The position numbers and the translations under genes are program-made. Of a DNA stretch of 64,000 nt, positions 23,901 through 35,800 are shown one piece after another (the stretch's first letter is position 1; each line of letters starts with the position of its first letter). The stretch covers positions 186,001 through 250,000 of the forward strand of contig LSRY02000018.1 of assembly GCA_001643675.2 (NCBI GenBank), read 5' to 3'. The notes beneath the pieces were generated by a model. It ran no database searches, was not told the DNA's origin, and was given only the letters and a program-made list of their open reading frames with translations. Origin of the DNA: Monocercomonoides exilis PA203. Taxonomy: Eukaryota > Protista > Preaxostyla.

Positions 23901-26840
23901 GGAGGAAGAGGGAGAAGAAGAGAAGGATGGGGTGGACAGTTCGGATGGCGGTGCTCATTCTCCTTCTGGTGGTTGTGGTGGTTGTGGGGGTTGTGGGGAT
24001 GGTGAATGTGCAGCAGCAGCTGTTCCTGTGGGCAGCGCTTGGGAGTGTGCGAGCACGCATCTGCGTTGTGAGCCATGTGTGGAAGCGATTCGTGGAGTGG
24101 AAGCGCAGAGCAGGACGAGTTTTTGTGATTTTCAGTTTGTTGCATCTCCTTCTGACTGTGATTCGATATTTTCATCAGCGCAACCGCAGCCATCATCATC
24201 ATCATCATCATCATCATTTTGTTCTTCTTCTTCTTCTTCTTCTTCTTCTCCATCCTCTTCCTCTTTGGAGTTGCAAGGAACTGGAAGGCTGAAATTTGTG
24301 TTGTCGCCTTTGCAGCCTTCGCCTTTGCTGCCTTCGCCTTTGCTGCCTTCGCCTCGTTTGCCGACTTGAGGTTGGCATTAACTTTGGAGGGGAAATGGGC
24401 ATTTCGGCTGGGATTGATTCCTTTGGAGACATTCCTTGTTTCATTATTTGAGTTGGTGATGAAGAGTGCAGCAGTGGGTGATGGACTTGGATGTGCATGT
24501 GTGCGTGTGTGTGTGTATGCGTGTGGGATATATTCAGCAAGGGGTGTGCTTGTCCTGTGTGTGTTTTTGGAGTGGGATTGAGAGGACGAGGGATATCTGT
24601 TTTTGCCGTCTGTGCTGCTTTTTATCATTTTTATTTTTGTTGTTTTTTCATTTTTTGTTTTTTGATATTTTTCATTTTTGTAAATTTTTGTTTGTGGATT
24701 TGTGTTTGGTTATTGGCAGGTGTTCTCCTATTCATTGATTTGAAGCAGCGAGACATTGCAAAGGATGCACAGCGCAGCGAAATCTGCCGGGTTGTCTGTT
24801 GCCAAGGATGGTGCATGCAGCAAGAAAAAGCGAAGAACAGCCGACTTGAGCAGGATGTGGGGCTTGCAGTTTGGGCAGTGGATGGGGGGTGGCAGGCGTG
24901 GCAAAAGCAGTTGGAAACAGCGAAAAAGAAATGGAGCACTCGGCGAAACGCCAAGCATGCCTGACAGCAGCACACCGATGAGCGGTGCTTCCTCGCTGCC
25001 CATTATCTGGAAGAGGCGGTGCAGGAACGGATGGAAAAGGGAGCAGGATCCAGAGCGAACACTGAAAGAGCAGCAAAGGCGGAGGAACTGCGGGAGGGGG
25101 CTTTCGTGTTTTGGGGAAGCAGCACGAAGGACGATACGCATGGGTGTTTGTTGGGTTGCAGTCTTGACCGCATTGCATCTTATTTCAGCCATCAATTGGT
25201 GCCTGTATTTTGCTTTTATTTTTATTTTTATTTTTATTTTTTTTTTAACAATTATTTGACTTGCTTTTATATTTATTGTTGGTTTTGAGTTTTTGCTGAG
25301 CAGTCTCATATGAAAGAAAATCCATCTTCAACTTTCATCGAGATTTGTAATCAAAAAGGAACATTATCTTGAAAATAATCTGTTCGCACTTTCTATTATT
25401 TTATGATGAATCTTGAAGTGTCGAACAATGACTTTTTAAAAAGAAAAGCGAACAATCAAGAAAAATTGTTGTTTATTGTTTCTGTGAATTTATTATCACT
25501 TTGAAATGTTCACAAACAGACTTTGTTTTCCTTTCTTTTCCAAAAATGTTCAAAAACTTGCTCCTATTCTCACTCTCTTTTTGTTTTGAGAGGAATAAAT
25601 ATCAATTGTCAAAATTCGCAACAACAAACAATTTTTGAAAAATTACGATTCTTTGAGATGTTTCTTTCCAATCGTCTGAACATTTCACCAGTTTCTTCAT
25701 AAAAACGGAAATATGATGGTTGATTGGTTTTTTGTGTCCTTTTGTTTTTCATCAGTACTGTTTATTTGAAATGAATAAGAAAAGAATAAATCTCAAATTA
25801 CGAATTCAATGTTCGAATTTCTAATCTTTGACAATTTTCTCCGAAATCAATGTTGAATGTTTCAATTTCGCTTTCATCATAACCTTTCAAAGTTGAGAGA
25901 TTTTTCAAGTGGAATGAGCTTTTTTTTTGTTGGTTAAAAGAAAGGAAGGAGTATTATTTTCGAATTTTTAATTCAATTGTTCACTGTTCATCCAGCCTCT
26001 TCCGTTCGGTCAGATATCCAGAGGTTGTAACAAAAGCTGATTCATATCATAAGGAATACGTTATCTTGACCTCATAATCACAGAAGGAAGTGCGAACACA
26101 TCAGCAATTACTGCAACAGCCAGAGTGGAATTTGCCATTTATGGTTGTTCTTTGATAAAACTCAGGTTTTTCATTTGTTGGATCAAAAACAATAAGCTTC
26201 GAGTTTATTGATCCCCTCACAGTCGGTTCATCCATATTGAATATCTGTTTTTCACAAAATTCATTCCTTTTGAAATAACAGTCAAAAGATGTGTTCCACA
26301 GCCAAAGAATTCTTTGATCCATCACAAAAAGGCAATGAAAATTTGCTTTTATTAAAGTCCTCCTTTCTAGCTGTGGCTAGAGCTTCACAATGCAGTTGTC
26401 AACTGCCTTTGAAATATTCGCTTGAAATCCATCTTTTTTATCTGTGTTGTTAACAACATTTTCCATTTTTTTTTTTTGAAGAATCATTAACAATAAAAGA
26501 GAAACAAACAAGTTTACAAACTTTCCGTTTTGGCAAACAGCTTCCAGATCTTGATTTTATGATTATTTCTTTTGAGACACTTTGTTCTTTGCAGCAAACA
26601 AGTTCTGGAATTCCAACTTTGATAACATGTTTTCTTAAAACCCTCCAGAGCTGGTTCAGCATTTTTGATCCATTTTCGCTTGAATAACACAATGTTGATT
26701 GAATCCATTATTCTGATAACTCCGTCAATTGCATGTCATTCCATCCATTCCAGCTGACATTCATTCCTTCTCCATTCAAATGATAACATTGACACATTGT
26801 ATTTCTGCTTCTGAACACTTCATAAATGATTCAAAGATAT
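17872..26840. repeat. Right arm of giant inverted repeat (~8.97 kb, uninterrupted)
   Basis: Starts ttaaaatttatttctt (rc of 17751-17766) and ends tgattcaaagatat at 26840 (rc of 4452-4465). Confidence 0.95.
18094..24369 (+). CDS. S41 peptidase-like type I membrane protein, copy B (~2050 aa; one frameshift at ~19170)
   Basis: Signal-peptide-like exon 1 (MLWGCIYLLNWIQICFLC) with GT donor at 18211 and in-frame AG at 18298 or 18322. Motifs LIIDIRSAAGRSPSLALQVLSLLFP and VLVLTDGIGESASCVFAAFV. Cys segment ECVVVRCQKGYFLNEKREC. TM segment VVVVTATIFVFLIGVLVVGGVIIYA. Long E/K/G/S-rich tail. Confidence 0.65.
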
Positions 26841-27152
26841 TTTCATTTCCACTCTGATGAACACGATCAAATATCCAAATCATCAAAAATATAAATAATG
26901 TCAAATTTTTTGTTGTCATTGAAATGATTGTTTGAATTTTAAGAAAAAGTGGAATCAATCAATACGTTTAATCTTCATAAAAACCATTCAAATCTAGGAT
27001 AATTATTTTTTAAAAGTTTATTTATACATCATATTTCTTGAATATATACTTTTTTTCAAAAACAAAAACAAAAAAAAAACTTTTCAATCCTTTGATCCAT
27101 GTTATTTTGAAAAAAGGGTTGAATAATTATTTGTTTTTTTCTTTTCAAGAAC

Positions 27153-28040
27153 ATGCAGAAAGATAAAGTTGAATTATCGACATATTTTCGAATGTTTAAT
27201 GATAACAGTTGTTGTTGCGAATTGTACAGAACTCAAATTCTTGATATGTCAGAAACAAAGTGCAGTTTATGTGGTTCATTTATGTTTCTTGGAAGAGATT
27301 CAATATCATCATTTATTCTTCGATGTCCAAATTGATAAAGAAGAAAATCACCATTTACCAAATTGATTAATTATCATTCAACATTGGGGATTTCAAAATT
27401 GTTGATGTTGCTTCTTTTTCTTTTCCAACATTTCAATATTACTCAAATATCTATTCCACTTTGCGTGGACCCATCTACCGTTTCTTTCTTCGCAAATACA
27501 GCTCGAAGAATAAGGTTGGAGTCATTGCTATCGGAATCATTGTGACTTGGAGGAAAAAATATGATTGTTGAAATTGATGAAATGTTGCTTTGTCGAAGAA
27601 AGAACAAAAGAGGAAAAAGGAAAAAACAGATTTGGCTTTTCGAAATGGTTGAAAGGAATGATTTGGGCAAACAAGGTAATTTTTCAGTTGTCAGAGTGAG
27701 AAATAGAAAAAAGAAAGCCTAATTCCAATTATTAATACAATCATAAGAAAAGATAGCATGATTTTCTCCGATGAATGGGCTGCATATAAATCATAACCTG
27801 AATATGGATATAAAACAAGACAGCGTGTCACAAGTATCGTTACAGAACTGAAGATGGAGTGTGCGCTAATATTATTGAAGGTTTATTATCGCAATTAAGA
27901 AATTTATCAACAACTACAGGAATAAAAGATCGGTTCATTGATGATACGATTGCAGAATTTATTGCTTTCAAAAGAAAGAATCTGAATTTCGTCAAATGGG
28001 GGAAAATACGGACTTTCAAGCTTTTTTTGCACAAAGCACA
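27153..28040 (+). mobile_element. Merlin / IS1595 (ISXO2-like) DDE transposase pseudogene
   Basis: CSLCGS...LRCP zinc finger; LGGKNMIVEIDE...KRGKRKKQIWLFEMVER; SLIPII...IFSDEWAAYKS; CHKYRY..EDGVCANIIEGLLSQLR; interrupted by stops and frameshifts. Confidence 0.85.
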
Positions 28041-29848
28041 AAAAAATTGCTTCACTCATAACTTTATTTCACTTTCTTTGATTGCAAAATTAATTTGATT
28101 ATCATTCACACCAACAAGCATCATTGAAATCAAAACATAAAGAATTGTTTCATTTTACGAATTTTTAAAAATAGACCCATTTTTATTATGTTTTTTGTTC
28201 TCAAAAAGTCGATGAAAAGTACATAATTTTACAATGAAAATGCCTGAAGCAAAATATTTTACCCCAAATTTTGTCAAAAATATTTTCTATTTTGAAGATA
28301 ATGAAACCCTTAATTAAAAAAAAGATTATAGTGATTCTGAAAATACAGATGAGGAGTCAAATTCAGATGAATTATCTGTTGTTGAGGATTCTATCTATTA
28401 TTATTCCGATTTACAGAAATTAAAGACGGAGCCAGTGCATCAGAATACAATGAAGATAACTAATTGTGATTTTTTGTTGCGTCTTTTTTTGTCTATCGTT
28501 TCATTTTTTTTAAATAACAACTTATAAACATTCTCTCTCATAAATAATTTATTTATTTTTGTGTTAAAAATCAAAATACTCAAAAAATACGTTTATAAAA
28601 AACGTGAAGGGCGAGTCTATTCTTTCCAATCTTTCTTTCAAATCTCAAAAAAATTTCTGAGACAATGAACTCAAAAAAATTTATTAAATAAAAAAAAAGA
28701 CTTCATTTTGTTTTATAACAATAACATAATAATTCCAAAAGTTTTTATGTGAAAAATGAAAAAATTAGAAATAACAAAATTTGTAATGCACATCGATGAC
28801 AAATATGAAAACGAAATAAAAATTCCAATGTTGATTCAAAAATTCATGCATTATGGCATTATGTCGAAGTTTTCAAAACTTTTGTTTTTTAAATGAAATT
28901 CATGAATGCATGAAGAAAAGTTAAAATCTTTGACAAAGAATATTGAATTGAAATTTCAAAAAACATAGCTTTTCCTCAACAAGAAATACAAGAATTCACA
29001 AATCCTTTTTCTAATGTTCAAGCAAATCAGTATTATTTTTTCAATTTTTTCTGTTTATTTTTTTTATTTAAATTTTTATTTTGATTTTTGAAATGAACAA
29101 AACAAACATGGAAAACTTTTTGATTAATCTGTCATAAACATTCATCAATTGTGATTTTAATGGAAAAACTCAAAATATCTTTCTGGACGAGCATTTTGTC
29201 TTTCAACTCAATGATTTTGGTGTTCTTTTCTTTTGTTTTTCATTCAACACACAAACAATACAAATTATTTGCTTGAGGAACATCACCAAAATTCTTTGAT
29301 TTTTTGATTGTATTTCTAAAAAAATCACAAAAAAACAAAGAACAAAAACACACGAAACAGTTGGAATAAAAATTGTTTGATTTCTGAAAAAAAGAACAGA
29401 AATAGTTGTCACAAAACACTTTTCAACAAAATGCTCAAATAAATCACATTCACACAAAAATAATCAAATGGTTGGAGGAACATTTCAAAAAGAAGAAGAA
29501 GAAAAGAAAAATGAAACAAAGAAAACACACTTTTCTCAAAACACCATAACAAATCAATCCACAACATCAAACTCCCCCTTTTTTCTTTTTTGAATTACAT
29601 GAAATGAGATAAACAAAAATCTCAAAAAAATATCAATCGTTTGTTCTTTGATCACTCCTTCAAATCTCCACAAATAATTGAAAATACTCTGCTTGAGAAG
29701 TCTCCTTCTCAATGTGTCAAATCGTCCTTTCAGTTTTGATTCGTTTTCTTCAATGATTTTTGTATTCTGTCAGTCAATGTGCCCATCAACACTGTTTGGA
29801 AAGGATGCTGAAAATATAACTTTAAAGAAATTGGCTCTCTCAATGGAT

Positions 29849-32800
29849 TCAGCATCCATTTTCGTTTCCATCCTTTTCTTCACCACTGCTGCTCCCGCTC
29901 AAGCCCCGTTCAATTCTGATGGCATCTGTCAATGTCATGATCAGCGCGTCTTTCGGAAAGTGGCCAACAAACTCTCTTTTCATTTCTTCAAGCCTCGGCC
30001 GGTCGTTCCTCCCCCGAGCCATGCTCCCTTTCAGCAGCTCAAAGAATGCACAACACTCTTCACCCTCCAGCCCAGGCCTCTCCCCATTCACAATCTTCTC
30101 TCCTGCCACCCCTGCCTCATACTCCCCAAACGGGATCTCCAGCCTCAGGCACTCCCACAGTATCATCCCCATCGAGAACACCACCGATTCTTTTGTTGCC
30201 CCCAGACTCTTGTTCACCATCAGCTCTGGCGCCTTCCACCTCATGCACTCCTTCCTGTTCTCTGCATAATCCTCAAACGCTGATGATGGCGGTGGCGACT
30301 TCACAAACCTCTCGCTCATCAGTGAAATGTCTGATGACGATGTGACAATCGTTGAAGTGGACGAGATGGATGATGAGTCTGAATCATCCGAAGAGGAGCA
30401 GTCCGAGTGGAGCGCAATGCTGATCACCATGTGCTCCGAGAACAGCACAATGTGCGGACTCAGATTGTCCAGCGATTGGAGTGGGTTTTCCATTTCATCA
30501 AAGGAGTGGAGTGCTCCATTCGCCACCCAGAACAGAATCTGCGCTGCTGTCTGCTCCCTCTCCTTTAACGAGCCAATCGCCATTTCCTTCTTCTCATTCC
30601 TTCCATGAAGCAGCATGAACAGTGAATCCCTCAGATCCACAATCAGCTTCTCATGAGGAGACGAGCAGGCCATTGCATCCACCAGATTCGACATCGATGA
30701 GGTGGTTGGACACAGACTCTCTGTTCGAACAAATGTTGTATCTGTGTCTGTGGTTGTTGTGGCTGAAGTCGATGAGATGGATCGCAATGGTGTTCGCTTC
30801 ATTGAAACATCATCTTCTTCCTCATCATCCACTTTCTCCAGCATCCATTCAGGAATCTTTTCTGAATCCATTCCAAGAATGTATTCAGTGGAGCCACTCT
30901 CACTAAGTAAATACTCAGATGACTCTGAATGCACCATGTTCTTCTCATACACTCTCTTCTTTGCCTTCTCTTCCTTCTTCGTCTCTGCTTCTCTTTCGGC
31001 TCTCCTCCACTGCTCCTCTGGCGTCATTTCCATCGTCATCATCTCGATCAGCTTCGGATCCTTTTTGATGTTGTCATTCACTATCTCTTCCAATTCCTTT
31101 GTTCTTCTCTTTTGTTTTCTCCATCGAACAACAAGAATAACAACAATGACAAGCAGAAACACAACAATCACAACACAAACAATCACAATGATTGGCCAGA
31201 ATGATTTTCCTTCTTTCCCTCCTTCAACAATTCTTTCATCTCCATTTGCTTTGAGATCACTAGCATTCTTCAGAATGAATGAATGTGTTGATGAAGGAGA
31301 TTCTGCATTTCCAAATAAAATATATACACTGATTTCAATTTCATTTCCACAACTGCTTATTTGATCCTTTGCAACACTTCCATCAACTTCTCTTTCTGAC
31401 AAAAACCCATATGAATCAAAATCATGTTTTTCAATCTCTTTCTCTTCTCCCTTTCTCTTCACAACCGAGAATGACAGATTGCATGGAACAAGAAGCATTC
31501 CTTTGAATGTCAGCTTCATTCTATCTGCCTCTTCTTTTGCTTCCACAGACTCCAGCACAGGAATGAAGAATGATGAATCCCTCTCTGAAACAATCCCTTC
31601 AAAACTGCACCCTTCATTCAGGATCCAAAGTGATGTATTTCTTTCCAATCCATCTCCCCCTTTCAAGCTGGAAATGGTCAGTGAAGCAGAATCTGAACAG
31701 ATAATGTTTCTTCTCAATGATGGATATCCTTCAATTGATGGATTGTTATTCAAAAACTCTCCTTTCTCAATATTCACATTTCCTCCGCTCATTGTTATTC
31801 CACCTTCTGGTGAATTCGTAATTGTTGTATCTTTCATCATCACAGAACCCTTCACAACATCCACAAGAGAACCTTCCCATCTGCACATCTCTTCTCCTGA
31901 ATTCAAATATTGTTCATTTCTTTCCTTTGAACTCCCATTGAAAATGCAGCTGTCCATTTTCACGTTTGTACAATTCTCCAATTTCATCAATTTTCCTTTT
32001 ATGGTCTTTGAACTCACTTTTCCCATTGTGCAATTTGTCAACTGAATTGTCTTTTTCATTGACAAGGAAGATATCAATGATTCTTCATTTCCTTCAACTG
32101 AGATATTTTCTGTATTGAAATCTTCAATTGTTAATTGTCCGCATTCTTTAATATCAATCAGAGAAGTTTCAATCGTTGAATTGCAAATTGATAATGAATC
32201 AATTATTGATGGAGAAGTTGATGAAAGATGAATAGCAGATTCATGAAGAATGAGATTTGATATTGAGCATTCCATTAGTTGTAATTCTCCTTTTCTCACA
32301 TTAATAATGTGAAATTGAATGCTTGTAAATTCTGCATTAACTCCTTCCTTCAGTTGTTTTGTAGAGAATGAGCAATTCAATATCTCAAGAATTCCTCCCT
32401 CTGGCGATATCAGTGATTCATGAGAAGAGATGAAATTTAAATCAAACATAAAATTCACTCTCACCAACGAGACTGTTTCTCTTGTTGAAATCAATGCTTC
32501 CTTTGCTCTTTCAATCTCCGATTTCACTTCGACTTTGCACATCTCTCTGTTCTTCGAACTCAAACTCATTTCCTTCAGATATAATTCTCCTCCAATCACA
32601 CTTTCTCCAACAATAATCATTACACTCATGAAATCTGAAGTCAAATGAATAAGACCATAATCAATTGAATAACATGGAAGTGTGTTTGTTCCACATTGCC
32701 TCTCATTCGATCCATTAACACTGCTCACAACAATTGTGTCACTCTGATGAATCGTCACAAGCCCAATCAGATCTGTGTCTCTTGGAAAGTCACAGCTATC

Positions 32801-35800
32801 AATTCCATATATTGCATTGCCACGAGTGTAATATCCCTCTCGAAGATCAAACTGAAATTGGTTTTCATTGATCTGAGATGAGATGTTGAAACATTCGATG
32901 AATATGTCTTTCCCCACTTTTGCTGTGTTTGCGCTGAACTTCATTCCCACAAATGTGAAATTCAATTCTCCTTTTTCCTTTGTTGCCAGATACACTCCTC
33001 CTCCTTTCCCATTGGTGCAGCTGCAATGGCTGATTGTTGATTCGATCATCTTCATTGATCCTGATGTACCCAATGTGAAGAATATCGCCCCACCTTTTTC
33101 ACTTGTTTCTGCCTTGTCTTCTGTGATGTTGCTCGAATTCACAACCAAACAAATCTTATTTTCGCTTTTCGACTCCAAAATGCTTGGTCCATTGTCACTT
33201 CTCTTCACTCCTGAAAATGATGAATTATCAATATTGAGACTCATTTCTACACCTCCTTCATTTATCTTTGTTGTTAATTCAGATCCTTTGATCAGAAGAA
33301 GACATCCGCCGCTTTCATTCAACGATTCCACTCGAATATTCTTCAACTGGCAAGTAATTCCAGCATCATGAATGGCAAAAATACTGTTTCCAACATTGCA
33401 TGATTCCATCGACAGATCATTCACTTCCACGCTTCCTCCAACCACATCCACAAATACACAATCAAATCCATTGTTCACTCCTGCTTCTGAATGGAATGAA
33501 CATCTAGTTATCACCAAATCTCCTCCTTTGTTTGAAATAATCGTTTTGGCTGAGTTGTCAAATCCAGATGCCAGTTGGAGTTGGATGTTGGACAATTCAA
33601 GATGAATATCATTCACCATGAAATATTCCAGTTGGCCTCCAATTGCCTGCTCAAAATTCAATATCGCTTTCTCATTCTCTTCTCCAATCTTTACACTTTT
33701 TTTGATCTGATGATTGGACATGTTGAATGAATCTCGAATAATTGTTGATCCTTCAATCTGAATTGTTTTATTTCCAATTTCCTTTTTCATGTTTTCCATC
33801 CCTTTCCACATTGTGAAGCATGGCTCCTTCTCACTTCCACAGCGCGCAACATCAAATCCTTCTGATGAGATAAATATTTCAAATGAGCTGTATGGAATCA
33901 GAAACATGAACAAATCCAAGTTTGAATGATTGCTATCTCTCCCCACAAACAATGTTTTATCATCTTTCATTGTCAAATAATTGAACTTGAATGAGTCATT
34001 TGTCACAGAAGTATTTAAATCATTTGCCAAAATGAACATATTCTTTCCATATTCTGCTTCATTTCTCTCAAATATCAAATTTACTGACAACTCAAACTTT
34101 GCATCTCCATCTGCCACAGAAAGCATCATCCCTCCTCCTTTCCCTTCACTTCCACTCGTTGATGATGCGCAGCACTTCTCAAATCTAGTTGATGAAACAT
34201 ACAATTCAGATGGATTGTCCAACGAAACAGACAGTCCTCCTCCTCCTTTTCCGTTCTCACTCAACTTGCTTGACGTGAATGTGCAATTCTCAACTCTTAT
34301 TGTATCTTTCGTTCCATCATCATTCGATCTCACACAAAGGCTTCCACCATCTCCTTTCCCTCTTGTGATGTTCTCAAATGAGGTGTTCTTCAACGTGATT
34401 GTTGAACACTTCTCAACATGAATTGCTCCACAACTCGGCAGATCACAATTTGTGATCGAGCAATTCTGGATTGTGGCTGAGCTGCTTGTGGCAATCTCAA
34501 TCAACCCATTCGCTCCATCTGTGCCTGTCTGATTCACAATCACCTCATCCATCAGACACTCACAACTCCCATTCACAACAATCACACTTCCCACAAATCT
34601 CACTTCTCCCACACTCCCTCCACAACTCATCTCAACAATCTCCACTTTCCCTCCACTCGCACTCACAAAAGAATAATTCGCAGAATCCACTCCACTCCCC
34701 ATCTTCATCCCGCAATCAGCAAATCTCAATGTGCCTCCTGAAGAATGGATAAATGATGATCGCTCTCCAATCGATCCTCCCAATTCAAACAAGATCCCCG
34801 TCAATATTGATGAAACACTGTTCATCACCAATGCTTCTTGTGTTTTTGTTCCTGTTCCTCCAACTTTCAATCCAACATCTTTGTCACAAGAATCAATCTC
34901 ATACGACTCCTCATTCAACTTCACTTCTTCGTCAAATGAAAATGTGCTTGTCAGTCTAATCATTCTCTCTGAACTCGGAAACTGAACTTCTCCAACATTC
35001 CCAATTCCTCTGCATGGGTAATCTTCATATCCACACAGTCTGAATTCACTTCCTTGTTCTCTCCCACTCACATATACTGGTGATGAAAATGCCCGAAAAA
35101 ACACAACAAGCGGAACAATCAGCTCTGCCTTGCCTCTTTCTCTTCCACAAAGTTCACTCAAATCTGCAACATTTATTCCAACTTCTGGATTGAATCCAAT
35201 TGAAGTGCTGTTGATAACAGCTGACAAGTCCTGTGCTTCCACAAACACATTCTTCCCTCCCAATGTTGCAGCACAACCATCAAAACTCGCTGTTGTGATC
35301 TCAAAGTCAAATGAGTCATCAGCCAGATTAAGCTTCACCCCTCCTCCATATCCCCTGCATTTGCATTGATTGAACGAAGTTGTCCCTCCGCTGTGTGATA
35401 TTGAATCTCCAATCAGAACCTTGCTTGCTGATGATGAAAGTTCGACTTTGATTCCTCCTCCATTTCCATTCACACACTCACATTCCTCAATCGTTGTGTT
35501 CCACACCACAAATGTCTCTCCTCCCTTCACACTTTTAGCCATCACAACACCATCTCCTTCTGTTGTCCGATTCACATTCCGAATTGTCATATTCGCTAAC
35601 ATACTCTCTCCTTGAACAGATTCTTCTGTTGATGGCTCTTCGAACAGAGGTTGGCTCATTTTCATATTTTTTATCTCAACATCACTCATCCTCAACTGAG
35701 ACAGTGCAATCACAAATATCGATGCTGAGATTTCTCTCTCTCCATTAACACTTGAAAAGATCAGAACATCCTCCAGTGATAGTAACCCACTCCCATCAGA

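Noticed and set aside
11296-24628. Many long antisense or alternate-frame ORFs (e.g. 11296-13224 +, 20603-22237 -, 22610-24628 -)
   Set aside because: Shadows of GA-rich low-complexity coding DNA that lacks stops on the opposite strand; poly-L/P/S/F products
24370-25309. ORFs downstream of the S41-like gene (mirrored at 10359-11152) as separate genes or extra exons
   Set aside because: Several overlapping frames are equally plausible, no domain recognised, and one candidate frame has a stop in the left arm; needs RNA-seq
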